A stretch of 64,000 nucleotides of DNA from Hydrolagus colliei (Eukaryota). Position 1 is the stretch's first letter. The number at the start of each line of letters is the position of its first letter. Under the pieces are notes generated by a model, which searched no databases, had not been told where the DNA came from, and saw nothing but the letters and a program-made list of their open reading frames with translations. Shown here piece after piece: positions 11,890 through 25,288 of this stretch. A program made the position numbers and the translations under genes. The stretch lies in assembly GCA_035084275.1 (NCBI GenBank), contig CM068743.1, forward strand, positions 43,772,001-43,836,000, written 5' to 3'.

Positions 11890-13560
11890 AAAATAGAAAT
11901 GCATGGTATTAAAGGGACTGTGGCAGCATGGATGCAGAAGTGGCTGGAAGATACAAAACAAAGAGTGCAGTATTGGGACTACTGCTGCTGTTGGTCTATC
12001 TAAATGACCTAGACTTGAGTGTAGGGAGTACAATTTCCAAGTTTATAGATGATACAAGCTGGAAAAAGTAGTAAAGAGTGAGGAGGATTGTAGCCGACTG
12101 CAAGAAGACATAGACAGACTGGTTAAAATGAGCAGACACATGGCAGATGAAGTTTAATGTGGATGAATGTGGAGTGATGCATTTTGAAAGGAAGAATGAG
12201 GAAAGGCAGTATAAACCAGATGGTAGAAACGTAAAGAGGTGAAGAACCTGGGAGTTCATATCAATAAATCTTTGAAGGTGGCAGGACAACAACAACAAAA
12301 TGGCTTGTATAGCGCCTTTCATGACAGGAGGACGTCCCAGGTGCTGATCAGTCATTGTTTCAGACCAGAGCAGGGACAGAGAGTGTGGAGTGAAAGGCAG
12401 GGATTTAGGATGATCATTGGGACCATCAAAGAGGAGAGTCTTAAGGCTGAAGGATGCTAACGAGGGAGCGAGTTTGAGGGACTGCGAGTAGGAGTTCCAG
12501 CAGTTGGGGTAGAATGGCTGAAGGCTCGCCCGCCATTGGTGGCAAGGGTGGTTGGGGATATGGAGCCTGCCAGAGCCTGCTGAGCAGGGGTGGGGTGAGC
12601 AGGTTGGGTGGGGTGGGTTAGGTGTTCGTAGAGGTAGGGTGCGGCGAGGCCATGGAGGGCTTTGATGGTGAGGACCAGGATCTTGAATTGAATCCTCTTG
12701 GTGATGGGGAGCCACTGGAGGATGGGGGAGATGGGGTCACGAAGCTTAAACCACATAGTTCTGGATTATCTGCTGTCTATGCAGGAAGGAATTGGGAAGA
12801 CCGACAAGCAGGGAGTTGGCGTAGTCAGGTGACAATGTGATGGTGGAGTGAATGATGGTTTCAGCGGCCTGAGGGATGAGTTAGCGGTGGAGTTGGACAA
12901 TATTGCGGAGGTGAGGAAAGGCAGAGTGTGTCATGTTTTAGATGTGGGGGAGGAAAGACAGTTGAAAATCGTACAATACAGTTCCTGACTGGCTTGTTGA
13001 GGTTGAGTGTGCAACCATGGAGATTGTTGCAGCCAATGCCTGAGGACAGGTAGGTAAAGGTATTAAACAAAAAGCACACAGGATACTAGGCTTTATAAGT
13101 AGGGGCATGGAATACAAAAGTCAGGAAGTTATAAAACACTGGTTAGGCCTCAGCTGGAGAACTGTGTTCAATTCTGGGCACCACACTTTAGGAAGGATAT
13201 CAAGGCATTGGAGAGGAAGCAAAAGAGATATACCATGATGGTACCAGGAATTTGGGACTTCAGTTACCAGGAGAAGCTAGATAAACTAGCATTATTCTCC
13301 TTAGAGCAGAGAAGGTTAAGAGAAAACTTGATAGAAGTTTCCAAAAATTATCAGGGGATGTGATATGGAGAAATTATTTCCACTGGTGAATCGGCCAGAA
13401 ATGTTATTTTAGTGGATGGTTGTTTGGGTAAGACAGGTTTGTAGGGCTATGAGGAGAGAGAATGGTTTGTGGTGGGATTGGGTTAGTCAAAGAGCTGGCA
13501 CAGACACAATGGGCCGAATGGCCTTCTTCTATACTGTATCATTCTATGATTCCATGATGA
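11890..13560 (+). mobile_element. CR1 LINE 3' fragment interrupted by an L2 insertion
   Basis: RT-region DNA (aatgacctagacttg, tggcagatgaagtttaatgtg, gttaggcctcagctggag); 3' end gggccgaatggcct...ttctatgattc. Confidence 0.9.
12289..13042 (-). mobile_element. L2 LINE 3' fragment inserted in CR1
   Basis: Peptide LQWLPITKRIQFKILVLTIKALHGLAAPYL; (aac)n tail; flanked by AGGACA at 12283-12288 and 13043-13048. Confidence 0.92.
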
Positions 13561-13793
13561 TTGCCACCTGGATTTATGGATGAAAACAGGAACAAGACAA
13601 CTAGTTGATAGGCCTTTCTCCATAAAAGGATAGAGTTTGTGCATTTTTTATCTTTACTTGTGCATTTCAAACCACAAAACCACATGAATGTTTGTGATGA
13701 CATACCATACCTTTGGCTAATTCATTTATATTCATTAAGGTACCGTAGTTTAAACCATGATATTGGTTACAGAGGATTCACAAAAAAGCCTTT

Positions 13794-13955
13794 GTAAATA
13801 TTGAATTCAGACAGTAACTGATGGAGTATCACTCATAACCACCATCGGACCCATGGGAAGTCTGCTACAATTTGTTCAGTAAAGACTGTTTCAGACTGGA
13901 ATTCCCATGAGCCACCAGGAGGCAACTCCAGTTACTATCAGTATTCAATATTTAC
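13794..13955. repeat. Fold-back (nested inverted repeat) element of 162 bp
   Basis: gtaaatattgaat...agtaactg / cagttact...attcaatatttac; inner arms catgggaa / ttcccatg and agtctg / cagact. Confidence 0.75.
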
Positions 13956-13989
13956 CTTTCTTTTGTAATGTTTGTGGCAGAAAACATGG

Positions 13990-14345
13990 TTCCAGTCTAA
14001 CACAGTTGCTAGCATTCTTACTTTGGCATTAGAAGGTTAGCGAGATCAAGCTCTTTCAGATCTTACTCTATGCTGACACTCAAACGCAGGGCTGGAGGAG
14101 TGTTGCTTAGTCAGAGATACTGTCATCTTGATACAACCCTAAAACAAGGACTTGTCTACTTGTTCCAGTGGACATTAAGGATCTCCTGGTGCTATTTGAA
14201 AGAATGGGAGAGAGTTTCTCCTCATGTCTTTGCCACACTCGCCGCCAGATAACATTGGTCATTCAATTCAAGGCTGTTAATGGAACATTGCTGTGCAAAG
14301 ATTGGTCTCGTGAGTATCGCTTAAAAATACCACAGTTAATATACT
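13990..14345 (+). mobile_element. Old SacSINE1/AmnSINE-like DeuSINE copy
   Basis: gctgacactc...ggagtgttgc...gtggacattaaggatctcctggtgctatt...ctgttaatggaacattgctgtgcaa. Confidence 0.65.
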
Positions 14346-16554
14346 TTAGAGTAATTCCTATTAACATGATAAGGCTCTATATCAAACATAATGGATTATT
14401 ATATTTTAAATTCCATTGTATTTCTGACTATCAGTGTGAGGGTATGTTTGTGTGCCTGAGCATTCAGTGGCTTCTTGAAGTAAGGAATATAAAATTGCAT
14501 TGGTGCTCCATGAGATCAAGTTGCTTTGGTGTGGTGTTGATGATGTAGTTGGTAGTTTCATGCTCAGTGTCGTGCACACACAGTTGAACAAACTTCTAAG
14601 AAACTGTGTCCTCTGGTAAGAGAGGAAACTCGAGCATGCAAAATATGTTTTAGTTCTCTACTTATACTTATACCACTTCAAAAGACAAATAAGTGATTCA
14701 CTGGTAAATGGGATGGTTGTCAAAAGATGTTGGAGTTCTCGCCTGCTATTTCACCTTGCTTTGATGCTTCCCCAAGACAGAAGCTTCCAGTCTTTGCTAA
14801 TGCCTAATGTCCTAAAGATCATCTGCTGTCTAGGTGATGATTAACATTGCATTATTAAATATGAATCACAGTTACCATCTAGAAATGCCTGACATTTTGT
14901 TTGCAGCATCCCCAGTTCCTGGAATACGTACAAACTTAGGTTGTTTTGTTTGTATGAATACTTGTTGATTGCTTTATAAGCAAACCATCAGCATAATCAT
15001 CTGCAATTTTCTGGATAACATTTGTCTTACAAAAGTACACATTAGTAATTGGCAAATAGGTCTTTGCCACCAGCTGTACCATTTGTATTATGTCACCTGG
15101 CCTCCTATAGATTCCCATTAAAGATTGTAATTACACTTTTTTCCAGTTCTATGGGACACAATGAGCCATTCCCTTGAATATTTTATTAAATGGAACAAGT
15201 TTCCACAAATGTCAAAATACATTCAAACAGCTTAACTACCAATAATAAAAACATACCTTGTGGCATCACCTCTAGGATATTTCAGCATAAAAAATTTAAT
15301 TGGTGTAATTTTCCTATTTTCCACCCACTCTTAAATCTTTGGCTCTCAGGAGATTAAAAGCCAATATCTTGCCTATTGGTGTGACAAGGATTGTTTTCCC
15401 AGCAAAAAAAGTTTATGTTGTGGCGTTTTCTCTGGAGTATACTGATGCTCATATTTTGATTATTAGATCACTGATACAGTGAAGGATTTGGACACTTTGC
15501 TCTTGCATTGTGTGAGTGAATAGGCACAAGCCAAAGTGAATTACCAGGAATCAAATATATTCTTCTCCCGTTCCATTCTCATCAGCAGTTCAATCAGAAG
15601 AAGTGAAAATAGCTCATTTTCATTTATTTTTAATTTAGAATGAAGTGGTCAAAATTTCTGTGTTTTTTCTATCATGTCCAATAGGTTGCAATACGAGGCA
15701 ACTCAGTTCAAGAGGACTGTTGTGAGAAGTGAGAGCCTGAAAACATAATAATATTTCCATGAAGCTGTCAATCTTGCCAAAAGAAACTTTGGTCTCAGGA
15801 CACTGATGAGAACATAAGGGCAGATTGAAGCAGGAGAAACCAGGGAGTAACATATTGAGAGCAGCAAATGGAGCAGCATATGTATTGGAATATGGCAGAT
15901 AGCCAGTTATCTTTGTTTGAAATTAATGTCCTGCAATAAGCGACAAATTAATTAATTCATTGTGTATTACCAATTGCTACAATTGTAATTATGCTGTTGC
16001 CTAGGACCAAGAAAAGCATACCAGGAAAGAAAGAACCTAAAGGACATTGTTGCCAGTTTAGGGGTTAATAATTTTCACATTGTGCCTTGCACACAAAAAA
16101 TGTCTGTGATAGCTCTGAATGAATGTATCACCTCACTTGGGAGTTGTGGGACAGGCCTAGTGCATGGCAGAGCTAGATATATCTTTTTCACCACACTTAT
16201 AGCTTTGAACTACAACTTTATGCCTGAACGGAAATGCTGGGTAGACATTTTTTCCTGTGGATTTCTTTTGCTATATTATTTTCTTCTATTAAATGTTTTT
16301 ATTTATTGACAAAAATCAATTTGCAGTAAAGCCAATCAGTGAGTAATATCATCAATGTGTTGTGTGCCCAAGAGCACTTGCATTTTGGTGATCCGAGGAA
16401 AAGTATATCATTGTATACAATACTGTAGTAAAACCTTCTGTTTGTGGAGAACCTTTCATCAAAATAATCCTTGCATTTGTTATAGAACATTAGCAGGTCA
16501 TTGAGACGTTTAATGCTTAAAAGGATATACTATAAAATGCTGGGATTGGTAAAT

Positions 16555-16900
16555 TTGAGGCATGGCAGCCAGTGTACACATCTCAGCTGAAGGACAGCAA
16601 CTCCAACAATGCAAACGCCCCTCTAGAACATCATTGGAACATCAGGTTAGTCTTTTATTCTGAATTTAATCAAGAGTGGGCCTTGAACATACTATGTACC
16701 TACCTTTTGAGTCACAGATGAGAATGTAATCAACAGAGCCAGGCTGACTCATAGCTAAGAGCAGACATTTTAACCTGCTTTGCAAAATCAAATTGATTTA
16801 ATAATAATAATCCTTGCATTTGATATATAGCACTTTTCACATTTTCTAGACTTCTCAAAGTACTTCACAAAATATACTGTAAAGTGAATTGACTGTATAT
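16555..16900 (-). mobile_element. Old DeuSINE fragment (about 16555-16750) plus young SINE 3' fragment (about 16800-16900)
   Basis: catctcagctgaaggacagca...accttttgagtcacag; ataataatccttgcatttgat...gtaaagtgaattgactgt. Confidence 0.6.
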
Positions 16901-17474
16901 TTAATATGATCCAATTTTTTGGAAGGAGTTATCATCCCTGGGAAAGCGAATTTGCCAATTGACTAACAATTTGATTCCTAATTACTGCTGGGTAAACAAG
17001 AGGTGTATGGAGCAAGGAAATTTGCCCAACATTTTGTCTTGCCCAGAAATTGAACCCAGGCTTAATGTGAAAATTAAATACAGATAAAATGTGTGAGTCT
17101 GGGTCAGACAACAGACATGATAAAGTGTTAGATGAAATGTCACGATTATTATTATTGAAGATTTGGTTCATAGTACAGGAAGATGCTTGTTCTCTGTTGG
17201 ACATAGAAGGATGAGAGAAGATCTGGGCTGTTAAGGTGACAGATGGGGTAAACGGGAACCAAAAGGCTATGTGGCACGGGACCTCAGAGGAGCAGCATTG
17301 TGTCCAATCACCATCTGGACATTTGTTTCACCTGTTTGTTACTGGGAAAATCACTCCATCAGAAGATGAAATCAAATACCCCTGGTACCTAGGTCAGACG
17401 TTCTGTGGGAAGCTGAGTTGACAACATTCTTTGTACTGACACTTGTAAACACAACATGAGTGGCATTTAGTCGT

Positions 17475-17710
17475 GCTTAGTCAATCAGTCACACTCTCTC
17501 TTCAAGGTCAAAAGGTTGTGAGTTCAAACCTTATGTTAGGACATCTTTGGGTCACTCAATCCAAGACTATTTGTGGGATGCTGCTGTGTGAAATTGGCTG
17601 CCACGTTTTGCCAATAAAATATAGTCACTCCAACCCATAGTACTTTCTGAAACACTTTGAGACGTCCTTAGGACGAGATGAGTGGCTATATCAAATGCTA
17701 TGATTATTTG
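17475..17710 (+). mobile_element. DeuSINE-type SINE with internal deletion
   Basis: tcaaaaggttgtgagttcaaacc head; tttgtgggatgctgctgtgtgaaattggctgccacgttttgcc Deu-like core; ctatatcaaatgc tail. Confidence 0.7.
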
Positions 17711-18299
17711 AATTTTTTTCAAGTAGAAGTCTAGCCTGTGTAGAGTAATTGCATTGTAAATTGGGCCCTTCTTCAATAAGATGTCAAACCAAAATTCCCT
17801 TCTGCTGTTATTTAAACAGTCTAATGCCAAAAATGCTGTGGAATAATTGGAAATAAAAGATTTTCTTGGAGTTCTAGAAAACAATTCCTTGGATAATACC
17901 AGTTATTCACTATGACTATTTTTTGAGACACTGCTATGCGCAAATTTTGTACTGTGTTTCTCAATGAATTATTATCTTAATTTGGAAGTTAGATTGAGTT
18001 TTAACAGTTTGCCACAAAAATAATGTATTAATATTTGTCCTATTGTAACACTATATGATCCTGAACACCTTAATCTTTGAAATTAAAGCAAACATTGGCA
18101 AACACCTGCAATGTGCTATAATCTCCCACATCATGTATACAATATTCTATCAACTCCATAGAGTCCTCTGAAGTGAAAAGCAATATTTAAATGTAACATG
18201 TTGCCTTTTGTTGTTCTCACACAACCACTTAAATTCAATTCAGGGTAAATTTGGATTAGGATGGGATTACAACAACAATTTGCATTGATATAAACAGAG

Positions 18300-18545
18300 C
18301 GGATGTTAGGAAAAAAAAATTCGGCCAGCGAGTTGCTCAGATCTGGAATGCATTACCCGAAAGTGTAGCAAAAGCCATTCCAATAACAACTTTTAAGAGA
18401 AAAGTAGATGGGTATTTGGGAAGAAGAAGATTGCAGGGCAATGGAAAGAAAGTGGGCCAGTGAGATTGAGTTGGATTGCTCTTTTCAGAGCTGGTGTAGA
18501 CATGATGGGCCAAATGGCCTTCTCTATGCTGTATGATTCTATGAT
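18300..18545 (+). mobile_element. CR1 3' end fragment
   Basis: tctggaatgcattaccc...gggccaaatggcctt...tatgattctatga; same subfamily as the tail at 4607. Confidence 0.85.
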
Positions 18546-18581
18546 ACAGTAGCATTCAGATGTAATGGTCTCAGAGTGCTT

Positions 18582-18898
18582 ATAATAATGATAATCCTTG
18601 CATTTGATATATCACTTTTCACAACTTATCAATGTCTCAAAGCGCTTCACAGAATATACTGTAAAGTGAATTGACTGTATATTTGTGGACAAAATGTGGC
18701 AGCCATTGCACACAGCAGTGTCCCATAAACTGCTGGATTGAAATGACAAATTTTATTCGTGTGTTTTTTTTGGACGGTTTATTATTGGGTGTGTGGAGTA
18801 AGGAAACTTGCCTAAGGTTTCGCTCAGATCTGCCTGGATTTGAAACACAGGTCTCACACTTGTAAGGTGAGTGCTCTAACCACTGAGCTACAGGAGCT
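18582..18898 (-). mobile_element. Full-length tRNA-derived SINE (tRNA-like head, Deu-like core, L2-like tail)
   Basis: Minus strand gtagctcagtggttagagcac (A box) and gtttcaaatcc (degenerate B box); core gggacactgctgtgtgcaatggctgcc; tail gtgatatatcaaatgcaaggattat. Confidence 0.9.
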
Positions 18899-20113
18899 CC
18901 ACAATTGCTCTATTATCCAAGATAATTGTGAGAAAGACTTAACTACAAAAACACCAACACTTTTACTTCAGAAGTTGGAATGTTTCGGATTAAATCAAAA
19001 TGAATAGTTGAACAGAAGACAGATTGACCACCTGGATATCTTGCAATACCTTATTGTGTTGAAAGCAACATAATGATCCAGTTATCTAACTGAACTGACA
19101 AGATCTGATTATTACACCTTGTAAACTAGCCCAACCCACATCACTGCAATAAAATACAAACTTACATTTGTATAGTGCATGCTCTTTGGACATTCAAAAA
19201 AGGGCTGAATCATACTGTCTAGGTACCTGAGCTGTATGTAGGATATTTGTGGGGGAGAGGAGGATGAACAAAAGCAAAGTCAAACAACAACAGCAAATTA
19301 CAGTACAGTACATATATGTAGGGCCTTTCACATAGGGAGGACTTCAAAGTCAAAGAGGTAGATGTATGAAAGGGGCTATAAGAATGCAAGTTTTGTTGTC
19401 TTATCCAACCAAGTGCTAATATTGATAATGTACAGTGTTAGCTTTTTGACGTAGAACATTTCAATGCTTTTTGTTTGCTTGGTTAGTGGCCTAGTTTAAG
19501 AAGACTGATATTCCATCAGTCTTACCAAAATCATATGCCCACCCCCCCACCCAAAGAGCAGATCTAAAATTACTGCCAATCAATTGGGTTTGAACTATCA
19601 CCCTGAGGGGACAGAGATAGTTCAAGTGATTGATGGTCAATTGCGATAAACTGTGATTCTGAGGCAGTAAAGCCCAGTCAAGTGAAAGGAAAAGCCTCTG
19701 TGTCATGTATGAGATACAACCGCAGAGAGGGTTAGCTTCTGTAATCTTCATTTCCTGTCAATAATTTATATCAAGTAAATTCCTGTTGTTAATCTAGAAG
19801 AGGAACAGGTCAGGGCCTGGCCTCTGGTAATGGTGACACCCCCCCACTCAACCCCACCACCCCACCTTACACTCACCCCATCATTGAAGGCTGAGTTCCC
19901 ACACAAGTAATAATACAAAGTTTTCCTTAATGTCCATTTCAATACAGTGTAGTGACTAATAAGAGTGTCTACATCTCCAGAACCCAGATGTGACCAGAAT
20001 CCAACCTTCCAAAATTAATTGCATAATAGAGTTAGTATACTACTTGATTGGGTGTTACTTGATTTTCTTGTGCTTTGATGAGCTTGCACTCTGTAAATAA
20101 ATCTAAGCAGTAC

Positions 20114-20224
20114 TTGTCTGTCCCAATGAAAGATTTTTGTTTTTCCAGCATGGTTGTGTTCCATAATAAATCCATTTGTTTTCACCTCAATGGTTACCTC
20201 AGTAACTATAATCTCCAAATCTTC
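20114..20224 (-). CDS. Candidate exon (111 nt, phase 0-0)
   Basis: Frame EDLEIIVTEVTIEVKTNGFIMEHNHAGKTKIFHWDRQ within a 115-aa ORF; acceptor gtattaaag; the donor is ambiguous (caa|gtactg or gag|gtaacc). Confidence 0.3.
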
Positions 20225-22636
20225 CTTTAATACACACATGTATGATATAATTAGAAATGAAAACAAATCACTATATTTCCATTCAATTGCCAGTCGAATA
20301 TTAAATGTAAGCAAAATATTGCCTAAGGAATTCAAGTTGTTGAAATATACCTTAGTCAACAAACTAAATTAAGCTTAGAAAAATAATATCGCAACCTTAA
20401 AGCCAAAAACCATAGAGTATCAACATTTCTAATTTTCAGCGAAAAGTTTGTAAAATTGATTATTTGCCTCAATTATCAAATGTTTCTAGGAATTTTAAAG
20501 AACTGCACTGCATTATTTTTAACCTCATACAACATATTGATGGGAGAGGAGTGCAATATGCAATGGGTTCATTAACACAAGGATAACATATATGCCTAAA
20601 TACATTCTTGAAACATATACTGATCTCTCTCTCCCCCAATTAAATTCTGGAAAATTAATTTGTCCAAAGGCTTTTCTGATTGAAATTCACTTTTTTAAAA
20701 AAAAAACTGTAAAGGATCCCAAGAGTTTAATTCAAACTACTGGAATAGCCTTTCAAATTTTAATTTTTAATCTTAATATTATTACTGTATTTGGAGAAAA
20801 AACATTACATCACTTAGAATAAATACCTTCAGTAACTTAGCTCAAGCAAAAAAAAAGTGGCGGGTGTGAGTGGGTGGTGTTTGGAATTGAGGGTCCCAAA
20901 AGGCTTTCTATTGAAACTCCATTGTTATTACATTAGATACATACCAAAGGTAGTGTTAGTACCATTGAAGTTTAATGTTCAAAGTCACAAGGGGAATTTT
21001 GATGAAGAATTTCCTTTGTCCCAATTCATTTTACTTTTCCAGAAAACCCATCCTACCAAGTGGCTTTTTATAGCATTAAATTATTTCTTAGATCAATCCA
21101 GTGGCCTAATCTCAACCATTGGTAACCAATTCCAGCTGTTGATTATATGATGTAAAGGAGTCCAGTAGATAATACAGTGGAATACAGCTTTAGTTTAACA
21201 TCTCATTCAAAGGATGGCATCTCTGCTTTTGCTGCATCCTCACAACTCTATCCTAAGATCAAAATCTGAGCTTCTATGCATGGTAGCATCCTTCTAGTAT
21301 GCAATATCTATTCTGAGATGGATGCCTGATTTTCTTTATATTCTCGGGTTTGCTTATCATCCTTTGTCTCATGCTTTTAAGTGCTATTTTAAACTTTTCT
21401 TTCTACCTGTTTGCTCCTGTTGACTTACACTTCCGATAAAACCACACTTATTTCCTCTGTCTTCCCATCTGTGAACGTGTTCCTTCTAATTCTGAGAATT
21501 CCATCTATGGATCCTATTTACTCACTTGTTGTTTTAAATCTGAAATTGCAGAAGAGAATTAGTGAGTCACATCCATGGTACATCCATGCCACTCTTTTTT
21601 TCCTGAGAACTGTAAAGCAAATGCAACAGTGAAGAGGGTAGTCAGGGAAGATATTACAGCCTGTGAGACAAAGGGAATGCACAGAAGATAAGAAACATAT
21701 TAAGTGACCGGGGAGTGGTTGAGGCCTGGATACTGGACACATTTAAAAAGCAGCTGGATGGTGCAATTTCATGACAGTAGTTTGAGTGTTCTGCAGGGAT
21801 AAGATCAGATGGGCCAAGAACCTTCATCATCCAAATCAATATTGCAATCTTTTCAGTGGTTGATCTCAGGGGTGGGAAAAATATATAGTTATAGGGAGCT
21901 GGAATAAATATTTTAAAGGTTGAAGAAAATAAATCAAATTGAGTATAAAATACTTAGATGTATAAAATGATAATTAAAAATAAAGTAGATCTGCTGACAG
22001 TCAAGATATTTAAACTCAAACTTGACATACCTAACTAATAAAAATTGTCATACAACATCTAACCTATTATTTTTCTGGCTGTTGTCCTGCACTGTGGGGC
22101 ACAAATCGTCACCATACCTATCAACTAGGTAAATCACATCTCAACAATCTCCATCAGTTTTAGCAGGTGAAGTAAGGTGTCAGGCTGGCTCAATTTGTAT
22201 CACTGTCATCTCTGAGTTAGAAAACTGTGGGTTCACGTCCCATAATAGAGAGCAGCATGGTGGGGGACTGAGCATCAGCACAGATGTAATGAGATGAATG
22301 ACTCCTTTCTATGTTGTCGTTTGAATATCAGAGGAAAATATTCCATTGTTCACTGAGGATTGTAAATTTTGAGGAAATGTTATTTCTGTAATACTGCTGT
22401 TATATCATGCTAGATATGACCAGAGGGTACGTGAGGGAAGATTGGATAAAGATTTCCATATTTGCTAACCCAGATAGCAATTCTGTAACATATGGCATTG
22501 AAATAAAATCTTCACATTATGATTGAAGCAGCAACATTCTACATGTGTGCTGCCGTTTCAAATTGAGAGTACGCTGGCAGATTGAAGGATTTGACCTTCA
22601 GTCTTGTCTTTCAATCATCTGTCCTTTCCTACTTAC

Positions 22637-22780
22637 CAATGCATCACACAGAGACACATCCATTATTGCTTAATTCAGATCACAAACTGTGATGCCTTTG
22701 CATCTGGCCTTTATCTCTGTGCAACAAAGCTTGCAAACTCTGGCTGAGTTGTTGAAGTGCAAACAAGTATGGTTGTCATT
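22637..22780 (-). other. Candidate spliced exon, possibly the first coding exon (ATG at 22663, MDVSLCDAL)
   Basis: Acceptor ccttttatctgcatcacag, strong donor ttg|gtaagt, Kozak-like ataATGg; the phase-0 end is compatible with 20114-20224. Confidence 0.3.
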
Positions 22781-24233
22781 CTGTGATGCAGATAAAAGGT
22801 GGCACAATGATACGTGTTTTCTTTGATATACAACGCTAATTCATTTCCAATAAGCAATAATCCTTTTTCTGCAAGACTGCATTTATTTATCAGGGAAATT
22901 CCCCCAAAACCACAATTTTCTATTTCAATTCTGTTCTTTATATTGGCAAATTTTCTAAAAGGCAATTTTTTAATTCTGTAATTACTTCCAGCTTGCAGTT
23001 ACCTTACAAATAGCGCAAACAACAAAGGAAATTCAGCAACAAAGTGACAGGGTAATATGTGTAAACTGAGCAGAATTCTGCTGCCTGCTAGCAGGTCTAT
23101 GAAGACAGAAGGCACTGTTAAAAAGACATAATTTAGACAGAGTTTGAAAGCAGAGTGAAAGCAAGGATGAGGAATTCAATGAAAGAGTTCAAAAGAACAG
23201 AGGCAAAGTGCCTGAAAACTTATTCAGTATTTTTTTTCCGGTGGGAGGAAGTGGGAGGGCATACATAAGGCCTGAGTCCATAGATTAGGGAGTAGGAAGA
23301 GTAGGGAGGCAGAGTAGGAGTCCATAGAAGCAAGGTGAGTAAGATTGTGGATATATTTGAATGGAAAAACAACAAAAGAATGACAGCTGGACTCCATTAT
23401 CAGAAAGTTTTTGGTTCAAAGCCCACACTCGGGTGTTTGAGCTCACAATCAAGATTGGCAATCAATGCAGTTGAGGATACCTTGGTTAATCCTGCACTTC
23501 CTTCAAGTGAGACATTAAACTAAAAGTATACATTTGCCTGTAATAGGTCATGTTAAAATCTCATGAAATTATTTGGAAAAACAATTCATTTTGTCCAATT
23601 CCCTGGCTAATAATCATCCAATAAAAAAACAATGAGGATGGAAATGATGGACTTGTGGAATTTCATATTAGAGAATATTATATTATAATATTATATTAGA
23701 GAATAACCATATCACGGTTTATGGAGTTCTCAATCGATCAACCGACCGACCGACCAATCAATCAATCACAGCAATAGGGTATAGCATGAGGGCAAATTAC
23801 AACATATCTAAAGAAACTAGGCTAATTTTGTCAGTTAAAGATTGTATGCCATTAGAGCATCCTACCTTAAAAAAATTCAAGCAGGAGAGAATTCAGTGGA
23901 GAAGCAAGGATGATAGTGAATCAGGGGAAAAAAACATAACCAAGATCTTTAAAACAATGAAGTGTCATGTAAGCACCTAGAGCTTTTAGTCCTGAAAAAA
24001 GTATGAGTTTATTGTCTCCTCTCTTTAGGACATTACATAAAGAAAAAGATCGCCAAATGTCATCTAATATGTAGATAACAATATAATTCACAATAAGCTT
24101 ACATCAACTGAAATGAGCTTACATCAACAGAAATGAAGCACATCACCATGTGCTTCTGTATATTGCCATATTGTGCAAACTGTAGGAGGATGTAAGAAGC
24201 GGATGCTGGAGGAAACTCAAAGACTGTAATCAC

Positions 24234-24370
24234 AATAATCCTTGCATTTCATGTAGCATCTTACCATGTCTTTGAAACATCTCAAAGTGCTTCAAAGAAT
24301 ATATTGTAAAGTGAATTGAATATTTTGTAGGCATAATACAGCAGTTGATTGTGTACAGAGGTGTGGTGGC
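24234..24370 (-). mobile_element. SINE 3' fragment
   Basis: aataatccttgcatttc...tctcaaagtgcttcaaagaatatattgtaaagtgaattg. Confidence 0.75.
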
Positions 24371-24619
24371 ACAAACAGTTGTGGATTGAGCGACTCCTTT
24401 TTTTTTACGTTCTTTGATCTGTATGATCTGGAGTCTGTGGAGTGTAAAGTTAGAAAGGCCGGGGAGCAATGTATTGGAGAAGTCACACCAAATCAACTCA
24501 AACTGTGATGTTAACCAAAATAAAGGAATTTTGAAAAAAAGGATTCATGAGTGAATGCAATAGAACTTTACAATATTGGCACGGCTTTTCAATTTCTTGC
24601 TTGAGTTATCTAATAACAG

Positions 24620-24910
24620 TAATAATCCTTACAATGGTACCTTTCCCCACAAAGGTTGTCCCAAAAAGTTTCACAGGTTACACTATAATGTGTTTGCAGT
24701 GACTGTTTTTTGTGGGTGAATGTGACAACCTATTTGCAATCAGCAATGTCTCACAAACGACCATTAAGAGAATTAGCATTTTATTTGGAGGAAATGTTGG
24801 CCAGGACACCGAGGGAAACTCCCTTCTTTAATGAATAGTGCCACAAGATCTTTAACGTCCACCTGGACGGGCAGACAAAACCTTGGGTTAACATATCATC
24901 CTTAAGATAC
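24620..24910 (-). mobile_element. Old DeuSINE (SacSINE1-like) copy
   Basis: ttggccaggacaccgaggga...aatagtgccacaagatctttaacgtccacctggacgggcagac. Confidence 0.75.
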
Positions 24911-25055
24911 CTTTGCATCACATAGCTAATGTTTTGTTCCCAGACAAGATTGACCAATTTAAATTCCAAAAGAAAAGGCTATGTGTATAAGGTAAAATTG
25001 AGATTCACAATTAAGTATTCCTAGTTCCATTTCCGGTCAAAAGAGAAATAGTTAC

Positions 25056-25288
25056 TTATCAAGAACCTGCGCAAGTGAAGTTGACTATATTCCCATGAAA
25101 CAAGCTTTTTGATGCAGCGCAGCTTGTGTAGTTTCATTTCCTTCGAAGTCTATTCATGCATTGACCACAACCACAAATTTGTTAGCTCAGCAGCTGTCTG
25201 CCCAGCCAGACTGTGTGCTTTCTTCTGAGCAATTTGTATTCCACTTACTGAAGAAAACAACACATTACCACAGTTTGTAAAACAACCT
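25056..25288 (-). other. Candidate exon (mostly non-coding; short ORF MKLHKLRCIKKLVSWEYSQLHLRRFLI from 25137)
   Basis: Strong acceptor gtttttttctgtatttcag and donor taa|gtaact; all three frames have stops upstream of the ATG. Confidence 0.25.

Noticed and set aside
14936-15118. 60-aa minus-strand ORF with an internal gtaag donor
   Set aside because: Poor pyrimidine tract, phase does not fit the other candidates, no recognisable motif
24097-24140. 20-bp tandem duplication agcttacatcaac(t/a)gaaatg; also the tetramer run tcaa/ccga at 23730-23768
   Set aside because: Ordinary slippage products with no further structure
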